Assembly (NCBI GenBank): GCA_040081625.1
Contig: JBEBGD010000113.1
Location: forward strand, 1 to 17,219
DNA: 17,219 bases
From: Chthoniobacteraceae bacterium
GTDB taxonomy: Bacteria; Verrucomicrobiota; Verrucomicrobiia; Chthoniobacterales; Chthoniobacteraceae
Direction: 5' to 3'
Below, in pieces: positions 1-7,761 of the stretch. The notes below the pieces were generated by a model. That model had not been told where the DNA came from, made no database searches, and saw only the letters and a program-made list of their open reading frames with translations. How positions within the stretch are numbered: position 1 is the stretch's first letter; each line of letters begins with the position of its first letter. Both the position numbers and the translations under genes were made by a program.

Positions 1-465
1 GTCAAGCCCCATGCGACCCTGCCGCTGCCCGGCGATCTGAGTGGCACAAGTTACCAAGTGCGCGTGAAGCTGCGGCAGCTCGACCCGAAACAATCTTTCC
101 ACCTCGTCCTCCCCGTTGCGGACCGGATGTGCGGGTTCGAACTGGAAGGACGCCCCCATGGCGGCATCTACACCGGCCTGGTCATGGTCAACGGCAAGTT
201 TGGCAAAGACCTGCCGGGAGCCGTGCAGGGCAAACAGGTGAAGGACTCCGAGCCGCACGACCTGGAAGTGACCGTCCGCCTCGCTGGTCCGAGCGCCGTC
301 ATCACCACCACACTCGATGGCCAGCCGCTCTACGAATGGGCCGGCCCGGTGTCCTCGCTCAGCCAGCATTCAGATTGGAAGGGCCCGCCCGGCACCCTCG
401 CCCTCGGTGCCTTCGCCGACGACTGGGTGGTGTCTGAGGTGAAGGTGAAGCGGCTGGAGAAATAG
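1..465 (+). CDS. 3' end of a protein entering from upstream; C-terminal beta-sandwich (LamG/DUF1080-like) domain, function unknown
   Basis: The frame is open from base 1 (VKPHATLPLPGDLSGTSYQVRVKL...) to TAG at 463-465 with GC3-rich codons. The beta-strand pattern (HDLEVTVR...TTTLDGQPLYEW...LALGA...VVSEVKVKRL) suggests a concanavalin-like fold, which is inference. Confidence 0.75.
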   Translation, partial: VKPHATLPLPGDLSGTSYQVRVKLRQLDPKQSFHLVLPVADRMCGFELEGRPHGGIYTGLVMVNGKFGKDLPGAVQGKQVKDSEPHDLEVTVRLAGPSAVITTTLDGQPLYEWAGPVSSLSQHSDWKGPPGTLALGAFADDWVVSEVKVKRLEK

Positions 466-477
466 ATCATCGACCGC

Positions 478-3400
478 ATGCCCGACGACGACGCCCCGCA
501 GCATCCGACCACGATCGATCGACCCAGCGGTGCGGGTGCGCCTTCGCCGGGCGCCCAGCCGACGGCGGGGGCGGACAATTACGTGCTCGGCGAGGAGATC
601 GCGCGCGGCGGGATGGGCTACATCCTCGAAGCCGAGGACACCAAGTTGCGGCGAACGGTGGCGGCGAAGCTGATGATCTTCGACTCGGACACCGACGAGG
701 GCATCAAGCAGCGTTTCCTGCGCGAAGCGGAGGTGCTCGCGCTGCTCGCGCATCCGAACATCGTGCCCATCCACGACATCGTGTGGGAAGACGGCGTGCC
801 GCTCTTCTACACGATGAAGCGCGTCAATGGGCGCACGCTGCAGGCGATCCTGCACGACCTGCGCAAGGAAGACGCCGCGGCATTGCGCGACTTCACGCTC
901 GACCGGCTGCTGCTCGTCTTCCGCAAAGTCTGCGACGCGCTCGCGTGCGCGCACAGCAAGGGGATCATCCACCGCGATCTCAAGCCGGAGAACTTCATGA
1001 TCGGCGAGTTCGGCGAGGTGCTCGTGATGGACTGGGGGCTGGCGAAGACGAGAGCGGAAAGCGGAGAGCGGAAACCGGAGAGTGAAAGCGCGGCGGGAAA
1101 TCTTTCCGCTCTCCGCTCTCCGCTCTCCGCTCTCAACACCCTCCAAGGCTCCGTCATGGGCACGCCGCAGTATATGTCCCCCGAGCAGGCGCGCGGGGAG
1201 ATCGACTCCCTCGACGAACGCTCGGACATCTTCTCCCTCGGCGGCATCCTCTACGCCATCCTCACGCTGCGGCCGCCGGTCGATGGCGCGACGCTCGACG
1301 AGGTGCTCACGAAAGTCCGCAGCGCGGTGATTGCGCCGTTGGATTTACCACGAAGACACGAAGGCACGAAGGCGGACAAGACCGCTGCTTCCTTCGTGTC
1401 TTCGAGTCTTCGTGGTTACCTCCCCGGCGGGCGCATCCCGGCGGCGCTCGCCTCGGTGGTGATGAAAGCGCTCCGGCTCGACCCGGCGCAGCGCTACCAG
1501 TCGGTCGCGGAGTTTAGCGCGGACATCGAAGCCTATCAGGCTGGCTTTGCCACCAAGGCCGAGCAGGCGGGGCTCGCCACGCAGCTCGTGCTGCTCATCA
1601 AGCGCAACAAGGCCGTCTTCTCCACGGCGGCGGCGGCTTGGCTGCTCATCACGGTGCTCGCGGTGTGGTTCGTCATCAATCTGCGCGCGAAGGAGCAGCG
1701 CGCAGTCGCGGGCGAGGCGGCGGCGCTGGTGGAAAAGGAAGCGGCGCGCCGGGCGCTCGCGGCTTCGCAGGCGGCGCTGGCGGAGGCGGCGTTTCGCAGC
1801 GCGGATCTGCCCGCGATGGTGCTGGCGCTCGACTCCGTGCCGCCGGATCTGCGCGACCAGCGGTGGGATTATCTCTCGGCGAAACGCGACTCTTCGCTCG
1901 GCGACTTCCACGTGGAGGGGCTCGCGAAGGTGACGGTCATCGCGACCATCCCAGGGCACGCGGCGCAGTTCGCCATCGCCGATGGGCGGGGCGTCATTGG
2001 CATCGTGGATGTGGCCACGGGCAAGACCCTGCGCACCATCGCCACGAAGCTGCGCGACGTGGTGCTCGCCGTCTCAGCCGATGGCTCGCGGATCGCGGCG
2101 ACGAGCAGCGGCGCGGCGACGATCCGCTTCTACCGCGTGGCCGATGGCAGCGGCGACGGCACGGTGCCCGCGCCGGGCGCCGGCATCACGCGCCTCAGCT
2201 TCTCGGCGGATGGCACCCTGCTCGCGGTGCTCGATCACTCGCCGAAAGCGCAGCAGCTCTGCCTCGTCGATGCGCGCGGCGGCGCGGTGCGTTGGCGGCG
2301 TCCCGGCGATTATATCGACGCCGTCTTCAGCCCGGACGGCACCCGACTCTTCGCCGGCAAAGCGATCGGGCGGAGCCTCGACATCATCGGCGTGGAAAAG
2401 GGCGACGTGATCCGCAGCCAGGATGTCTTCCTCAACAGCATGGCGCTCAGCCGCGACGGGCGCCGTCTCGCGCTCGGCCTGCGCTCGGGCGAGGTCGCGA
2501 TCTTCGATGTGGCGACCGGCCTCGAAACGCAGCGCGCCCGCCTTCACCTGAGCAGGATCAATGGCCTCACGTGGACCGCGGGCGATCTGCTGCTCACCGT
2601 CGGCGGCGAGGGCGAGACGGGCAAGGGGCGGCGCGTCATGCGGCTGTGGGAGACGGACGGCTTCCTCGCGCGCGGCACCTTTTTCGGCATCGAGGAAGGC
2701 GCGATCGGCGGCGGCTGGAGCTTCAATCCCGAGAGCGGCCACCTGCTCATGGGGCAGGATACGCCGCGGCTGTGGCACATTCCGGCGGGCGTGGAAGCGG
2801 CGCGCTTCACCGGTCGGGCCGAGCGCGGCTGGGGCACGGGGTTCATCAGCGACACGGTGCTTCTCGCGAGGCGGGATTTCGCGCTGAGTTCCTTCGATGT
2901 GACGGACCCGCGCGCACCGAAGGAATCGCCCCACGCGAGCCCGCGGGGCTACCTCATCGTGGCGCCGTGCTGGCCGGCGGGCCTGGTCGCGCTGGCGAAG
3001 CGGACCGGCGCGGCCCCCATGAGCGTGAAGATTTACGGCACCGACGGCGGCGGGCTGGTCGAGCAGCGGGACCTCCCCACGCCGGGCCGCGTCGAGCAGA
3101 TGGATTGGGACGCCGCGGGCGGGCGGCTGCTCGCGGTGGGAGTCGAGCCGGGCGCCACGATCTTCGAGGTGTCCACGGGCGCGACGCTGCTGACGCTGCC
3201 GCAAGCGATCAAGCAAGCGGTCTTCACGGGCGCGAGCGGGCAGGTCGCCGCGATCATTTCGCGGAAAAGCGACGCCGACGACGTGCAGGACGACCTCGCG
3301 CTGCTCGACGCGACCACCGGCCAGCCGCTCAAGACCGTGCCCTTCCACCAGAGGCTGAACGCGCTCGCCGTCTCGCCCGACCGCCGACTCGTCGCGATCG

Positions 3401-3699
3401 GCGGCGCGGATATGATCGTCCGCGTGCTCGATGCGGCGACGCTGGAGGAACGCTTCACCTACCGTGCGCACGATGCCGAGATCAGCGCGCTCGCCTTCCA
3501 CCCGGCGCGGCCGATCCTCGTCACCGGGTCGCCCGATGGCTCGGTGAAGCTGTGGGACTACGCGACCGCGCATCTGCGGGGCACATTCCTCGGGTTCGCG
3601 GGCGCGCCGGTCGCGATCGCCTTCAGCCCGAATGGCCGGCTGCTCTCGGTCGAGAGCGCGGAGCCCACCGGGAGGCTGTTCGATCTCGGGGAGGAGTGA
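478..3699 (+). CDS. Hanks-type Ser/Thr protein kinase with a transmembrane segment and C-terminal WD40/beta-propeller repeats
   Basis: Kinase motifs IARGGMG, VAAK, FLREAE, HRDLKPEN, DWG (DFG equivalent), GTPQYMSPEQ and DIFSLG. Hydrophobic AVFSTAAAAWLLITVLAVWFVINL. WD-like repeats (LSFSADG, VFSPDG, AHDAEISALAFHP...DGSVKLWD, IAFSPNG). Confidence 0.95.
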   Translation: MPDDDAPQHPTTIDRPSGAGAPSPGAQPTAGADNYVLGEEIARGGMGYILEAEDTKLRRTVAAKLMIFDSDTDEGIKQRFLREAEVLALLAHPNIVPIHDIVWEDGVPLFYTMKRVNGRTLQAILHDLRKEDAAALRDFTLDRLLLVFRKVCDALACAHSKGIIHRDLKPENFMIGEFGEVLVMDWGLAKTRAESGERKPESESAAGNLSALRSPLSALNTLQGSVMGTPQYMSPEQARGEIDSLDERSDIFSLGGILYAILTLRPPVDGATLDEVLTKVRSAVIAPLDLPRRHEGTKADKTAASFVSSSLRGYLPGGRIPAALASVVMKALRLDPAQRYQSVAEFSADIEAYQAGFATKAEQAGLATQLVLLIKRNKAVFSTAAAAWLLITVLAVWFVINLRAKEQRAVAGEAAALVEKEAARRALAASQAALAEAAFRSADLPAMVLALDSVPPDLRDQRWDYLSAKRDSSLGDFHVEGLAKVTVIATIPGHAAQFAIADGRGVIGIVDVATGKTLRTIATKLRDVVLAVSADGSRIAATSSGAATIRFYRVADGSGDGTVPAPGAGITRLSFSADGTLLAVLDHSPKAQQLCLVDARGGAVRWRRPGDYIDAVFSPDGTRLFAGKAIGRSLDIIGVEKGDVIRSQDVFLNSMALSRDGRRLALGLRSGEVAIFDVATGLETQRARLHLSRINGLTWTAGDLLLTVGGEGETGKGRRVMRLWETDGFLARGTFFGIEEGAIGGGWSFNPESGHLLMGQDTPRLWHIPAGVEAARFTGRAERGWGTGFISDTVLLARRDFALSSFDVTDPRAPKESPHASPRGYLIVAPCWPAGLVALAKRTGAAPMSVKIYGTDGGGLVEQRDLPTPGRVEQMDWDAAGGRLLAVGVEPGATIFEVSTGATLLTLPQAIKQAVFTGASGQVAAIISRKSDADDVQDDLALLDATTGQPLKTVPFHQRLNALAVSPDRRLVAIGGADMIVRVLDAATLEERFTYRAHDAEISALAFHPARPILVTGSPDGSVKLWDYATAHLRGTFLGFAGAPVAIAFSPNGRLLSVESAEPTGRLFDLGEE
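1050..1134. repeat. Inverted heptamer tandem-repeat palindrome inside the kinase CDS
   Basis: Left arm GAGAGCG-GAAAGCG-GAGAGCG-GAAACCG-GAGAGTG (1050-1084). Right arm (CGCTCTC)x4 (1107-1134), preceded by TTTC, is the reverse complement of the left-arm unit. Confidence 0.9.
1347..1416. repeat. Inverted octamer tandem-repeat palindrome inside the kinase CDS
   Basis: ACCACGAAGACACGAAGGCACGAAGG (1347-1372) and CCTTCGTGTCTTCGAGTCTTCGTGGT (1391-1416) are 24/26 complementary. The unit is CACGAAGR x3. Confidence 0.9.
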
Positions 3700-3710
3700 A
3701 ATTCGGCGCC

Positions 3711-3816
3711 AATGGAGCGCCGGCGTCCCCGCCGGCCATTTGCAGGCTCCTCGGAGCGGAGATATTTCCGACTTCGCCGGCGGGTGAGTGGCCGGCGGGG
3801 ACGCCGGCGCTCCATT
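3711..3816. repeat. REP-like palindromic element with perfect 28-bp inverted arms
   Basis: AATGGAGCGCCGGCGTCCCCGCCGGCCA (3711-3738) is the exact reverse complement of TGGCCGGCGGGGACGCCGGCGCTCCATT (3789-3816). Each arm has its own internal GCCGGCG...CGCCGGC hairpin. It starts 11 nt after the kinase stop. Confidence 0.9.
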
Positions 3817-3888
3817 AATATTCGCCTCGCCGCGTAATAAACCGGCGGGGATTCCGAAAGGGGTAGGTGAACAACTCATCCACGCCCT

Positions 3889-4254
3889 ATGAACCCACTC
3901 CGCTCCTGCTTCACGCCTGCGCTTCGCCTCGCCTCGTTCCTCGCTGCTCTCGCCTTCGCGGTGCCGGCGGGGGCGGCGGTGATCTTCACCGTCACGAATA
4001 ACGCCGACTCCGGCGGAGGGGCGATTTATAGTCGCGCAACGCCGCTGACACTAAAGCACTGCACCTTCCTCACCGGCACCGAGCCCTCGCCGAACGCGCT
4101 CGCGGGCGAGAAGCCGTCCCGCGTGAACGGGGTGATCTTGCAGAACTACATGGTCCCCGGCGCGGGCTTCGGCATCGGCTTCGGCAACAGCCTCGATCCC
4201 ACCATCGGGCCGTCATTGAGCTACCTCTTCCCGAGAGACCTGAGCCTGCCGTAG
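3889..4254 (+). CDS. Small secreted hypothetical protein, possibly an internally deleted remnant of a beta-helix surface protein
   Basis: Signal-peptide-like N-terminus (LASFLAALAFAVPAGA), then FTVTNNADSG fused directly to GGAIYS...LTLKHCTF. Only 121 aa. Confidence 0.55.
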   Translation: MNPLRSCFTPALRLASFLAALAFAVPAGAAVIFTVTNNADSGGGAIYSRATPLTLKHCTFLTGTEPSPNALAGEKPSRVNGVILQNYMVPGAGFGIGFGNSLDPTIGPSLSYLFPRDLSLP

Positions 4255-4287
4255 CGCGCCCAAAGCAATCCAAACCACAACACATCA

Positions 4288-4776
4288 ATGAAAACACACC
4301 TCATCATCGCCCTCGCCTTGCTCATTGCCGCCACGCCGGCCTTCGCGCAATCGCGGGACACCGAACTCCGAGTCGAACGCCGCACGCTCGACCGGCAGGA
4401 CAAGATCGCAAAGCCACGGCAGAACGCGCACGAGCTGACGCGCGGCCTGCACATCACCGTGAAGAACATCGGCCTCGGCGCGACCGCCGAGGGCGAAGTC
4501 GAGTGGGCCATCCTCGTCGCGCGGCCCGGAATGCAGAAGGCGCTGCTCGACACCGGGAAGGAAAAGCTCAAGGCGCTCAGAGCCGCCGAGGTGGCGACCT
4601 TCGACGTCGGCTCCATCGCCGTGCAGGACATCGCCGGGGGCAAGCAGGACATGGAATACCAGGTCATCGTCCACCGCGGCGGCGCGGAGGTGGCGAAGGT
4701 CGAGAGCAAAGCCAGCTTTTCCCAACTGGCCGAGTCGGCCCGTGGCGCCGGGAAGAAAGGTAAGAAGAAGAAGTAA
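4288..4776 (+). CDS. Secreted hypothetical protein with a Lys-rich C-terminus
   Basis: Clear signal peptide MKTHLIIALALLIAATPAFA, strong GC3 bias, ends GAGKKGKKKK. Confidence 0.85.
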   Translation: MKTHLIIALALLIAATPAFAQSRDTELRVERRTLDRQDKIAKPRQNAHELTRGLHITVKNIGLGATAEGEVEWAILVARPGMQKALLDTGKEKLKALRAAEVATFDVGSIAVQDIAGGKQDMEYQVIVHRGGAEVAKVESKASFSQLAESARGAGKKGKKKK

Positions 4777-4780
4777 GTCC

Positions 4781-4828
4781 GCACCGCGCGTGCGTCGCAC
4801 CCCACCGGGTGCGGCGCGGCGGTGCTTT
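4781..4828. terminator. Hairpin between convergent genes (candidate terminator)
   Basis: GCACCGC...GCGTCGCACCC-CACC-GGGTGCGGCGC...GCGGTGC followed by TTT, between the stops at 4776 (+) and 4841 (-). The U-tract is short. Confidence 0.5.
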
Positions 4829-4840
4829 GCTCAAGGAGCG

Positions 4841-5962
4841 CTACAGCGTGAACGCCGGCAGCTTCACGATCGCGCCGCCCTTCGTCGCCGACTCGTGCGC
4901 GCAGAGGCCGACGCAGGTCCAGTTCGCGGACTGCTTCGCATTCGGAAACGGATCGCGATTCTCGACGAGCGCGCTCACGAACTCATGCACGAGGTGCGGG
5001 TGCGAACCACCGTGACCGGCACCTTGCGTGAAGCTGAGGTGCGACTTCTTCCCCTTCCCTCCATAGACGCCACCGGTGGTGAAAAGCTGGATCGGCTTTG
5101 GCAGGCGCTTCGCGAAATCGGGCGTCTTCACGCGCTTCGGGATCTTCGGCTCGGGCAGCTTCGCGGTGTGCATCACCAGCGGCTCGTGCTCGACCAGCGG
5201 CCACTCGACGGAGGCCTTGCTGCCATACACGTCGATCGATTCGCGATACTGCCGCGCCGTGTCGAAGAGCGAGCGGATGATGCGCGCGCTCACGTCGCTG
5301 TCCTTGTATTTGATGTGCGCCGTCTCGACCGCGAAGGGCGAGCCATAGCACTTCGCGAGTTCCTTGCGCACAGTGCCGGAACCGAAGCAGCTCACGTATT
5401 CCGCCGGCTTGCCGATGAGGCCGGAGACCGGGCCGACGCAGTGCGTGGCATACCACATCGGCGGCAGGCCGGGCCAGTAGTTCGGCCAGCCGTCCATGTC
5501 CTGCTGATGGCTCGCCTGCACGAACTGCAGCCTGCCCAGTTTGCCCGCGTCGAGCAGCTCCTTCATGAAAAGATACTCGCGCGCATACACCACGGTCTCG
5601 GCCATCGTGTATTTGAGGCCTGTCTTCTTCACGAGATCGACGATCTGTTTGCACTCCGCGATGCTCGTCGCCATCGGCACCGTGCAGCTCACGTGCTTGC
5701 CCGCCTTGAGCGCGGCGATGCTCATCCAGCCGTGATCGGGGATCGGCGAGTTGATGTGGACCGCATCGACGTTCGGGTCCTTGAGCAGTTGTTTGAAATC
5801 GGTGAAGCGCTGCTTGATGCCGAATGCGTCGCCGATCGCGTCGAGCTTCTTCGGGTCGCGCTGGCAGATGGCGTAAAGCTCGGCGTTCGGATGCCGCTGA
5901 TAGATCGGGATGAACTCTGCCCCGAAGCCGAGGCCGACGATGGCGATGCGTGGTTTTTTCAT
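4841..5962 (-). CDS. Gfo/Idh/MocA family NAD(P)-dependent oxidoreductase (cytoplasmic)
   Basis: Rossmann motif IAIVGLGFG, DAVHINSPIPDH, and AGKHVSCTVPMA, a variant of the family KHVxxEKP motif. No signal peptide. Confidence 0.92.
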   Translation of the reverse strand: MKKPRIAIVGLGFGAEFIPIYQRHPNAELYAICQRDPKKLDAIGDAFGIKQRFTDFKQLLKDPNVDAVHINSPIPDHGWMSIAALKAGKHVSCTVPMATSIAECKQIVDLVKKTGLKYTMAETVVYAREYLFMKELLDAGKLGRLQFVQASHQQDMDGWPNYWPGLPPMWYATHCVGPVSGLIGKPAEYVSCFGSGTVRKELAKCYGSPFAVETAHIKYKDSDVSARIIRSLFDTARQYRESIDVYGSKASVEWPLVEHEPLVMHTAKLPEPKIPKRVKTPDFAKRLPKPIQLFTTGGVYGGKGKKSHLSFTQGAGHGGSHPHLVHEFVSALVENRDPFPNAKQSANWTCVGLCAHESATKGGAIVKLPAFTL

Positions 5963-6025
5963 TTGGAGGAAGGCGCGTTTCTACCGCGAGCACGTCTGCG
6001 ACGTGCGGACATTCTTTGTGCGAAA

Positions 6026-7750
6026 TCAGTCACGAGCGATCACCGGCAGGATCAGCCGCGACGCGCGCGCAGCGCCGTGGTGGATCGTCTGATCGGCGAC
6101 TTCCAGCGTCGCGTCGGCGTTCGGGTCGGCGGCGGTGTTGTGGTTGCGGTCGTAGTTCGGGAAATCGGAACTCGTGATGTCGAGCCGGATGCGGTGGCCG
6201 GGCGCAAACTCATTCGAGGTCGGTCGCAACTTGATCCGCAGTTCGGTCGGCTCGCCGGGCGTGAGCAGCTTCGGGCGCTCGAGCCCGTCGCGGTAGCGTG
6301 CGCGGACCATGCCCATCGCGATGTCGCGCGAGACTCCGTCGGGCGCCACGTCGATCAGGCGCGCGAAAAAATCCGTGTCCGGCGCGGACGAGGAGGCGTG
6401 GAGGATCAGCTCGGGATAGCCGGTCACCTCGAGCGGCGCGTCGAGCGGCGCGGATTGATAAACGAGGATGTCCTTCCGCTGCGCGAGCGGGCGCTGGTCC
6501 GCGGGCACGGTGAACAGCGCCTTCGTCCACAGCGTCGGCACCGGGTCGCGCGGGTCGTAGCGAAATCGGTCGCTGCCCGCGACGGCTGCGCGCTCGATCA
6601 ATTGCCCGTCACCCGACGGAGTGTTCGCATGGCCGGCGCTCGCGAGGAAAAGCGTGCGCGGCTGCGCGCGACGCGGCGGCCACTCGCGCTCATCGCGCCA
6701 GCGGTTCGCGCCCATGATGAATATCTTCACCGGCGCATCGCGATCCACGCCGTTCGCCTCGCCCTTCAGCCGATGATCGAACCACCGGACCTCTGCCTGC
6801 GCCGTGTTGAAATCCGCTTCCGGTCCGAAATCGACGCCTCCCTGCTTGCGCTTGCCGCGACCCGAGTGGCTCCACGGGCCGATGATCAACCGCTGGCCAT
6901 CGCGCGCCGTCGCTGTCTTGCCATGCTCACGCATCGCCTGGTGCAACTCGATCGAGTCATTGCAGTGATCGAACCAGCCGACGATGTCGAGGTTCGGCAC
7001 ATCGATCTCGGGGCAGCCGTCGAGCAGCTTCCACGGATCGGTGTGCGGCGCACGCAGCCAGTCTTTCACCGCGCTGGCTTCATCTTCGAAGACGCTGTTC
7101 GGCAGCGTAAGCCACGGCAGAAAATGCAGCAGCCGCTCGCCTTCGCCGCCATCCCAAAGCTTCTGCGCCTCGGCCTTCGACTTCGGACCGGGCACACCGG
7201 AGCGCAGCCGCATGTCGGGCGACATGCCGGCGAAAAACCACGCAAGCCGCCGTCCCGGCCGGATCGTGCCGGGGCCTTCGAGCTGCGTGAGTCGCGGCGG
7301 GATCGAACTCGCCGCCATCGCCACGAGCGACGGCGGACGCAGCGGCGCGAGCCGCCATTGGAGGAAGGCATTATACGACGCGCCGAACGTGCCGACCTTT
7401 CCGTTCGAGCCCGGCAGACGCGCGGCCCACTCGACGGTGTCGTAGCCGTCCTCGGCGTCGTGCGTCTTCTCGCGATAAAACGACTCCCACTTCCCCGCCG
7501 ACTCGTAGCGCCCACGCGCATCCTGCGTGACGACGATGTAGCCCGCCTTCACGTAAGCATCCGGCTTCATCCCCTTCCCGTAAGGCGTGCGCACGACGAG
7601 CACCGGGTAAGTGCCGGCATCATCAGGTCGATGCACATCCGCGCGCAAGACCACGCCGTCGCGCGTCGGGACGGCGACATTGCGTTCGACTTGTGCGGCG
7701 GGCGCGGCGACGGCCAGTGCGATGTAGATGGGGAGAAGCAGGGAGCGCAT
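6026..7750 (-). CDS. CocE/NonD family hydrolase (peptidase S15-like), secreted
   Basis: Start placed at ATG 7750 (MRSLLLPIYIALAVAAPA). Motifs TRDGVVLRAD, RTPYGK, QDARGRYES, nucleophile GASYNA, GWFD, IIGPWSH and a C-terminal PepX-like domain (GHRIRLDITSSDFP). Confidence 0.93.
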   Translation of the reverse strand: MRSLLLPIYIALAVAAPAAQVERNVAVPTRDGVVLRADVHRPDDAGTYPVLVVRTPYGKGMKPDAYVKAGYIVVTQDARGRYESAGKWESFYREKTHDAEDGYDTVEWAARLPGSNGKVGTFGASYNAFLQWRLAPLRPPSLVAMAASSIPPRLTQLEGPGTIRPGRRLAWFFAGMSPDMRLRSGVPGPKSKAEAQKLWDGGEGERLLHFLPWLTLPNSVFEDEASAVKDWLRAPHTDPWKLLDGCPEIDVPNLDIVGWFDHCNDSIELHQAMREHGKTATARDGQRLIIGPWSHSGRGKRKQGGVDFGPEADFNTAQAEVRWFDHRLKGEANGVDRDAPVKIFIMGANRWRDEREWPPRRAQPRTLFLASAGHANTPSGDGQLIERAAVAGSDRFRYDPRDPVPTLWTKALFTVPADQRPLAQRKDILVYQSAPLDAPLEVTGYPELILHASSSAPDTDFFARLIDVAPDGVSRDIAMGMVRARYRDGLERPKLLTPGEPTELRIKLRPTSNEFAPGHRIRLDITSSDFPNYDRNHNTAADPNADATLEVADQTIHHGAARASRLILPVIARD

Positions 7751-7761
7751 GAGCGTCGTGA

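Noticed and set aside
1050..1416. Short repeats considered as a CRISPR array or DGR template/variable repeats
   Set aside because: No repeat-spacer periodicity, no long near-duplicate differing at adenines, and no cas or reverse transcriptase gene in the window.
1638..3879. 726-aa (+) and 601-aa (-) ORFs overlapping the kinase
   Set aside because: Alternative-frame, Arg/Gly/Ala-rich products expected at this GC content. The kinase-WD40 frame carries all the motifs.
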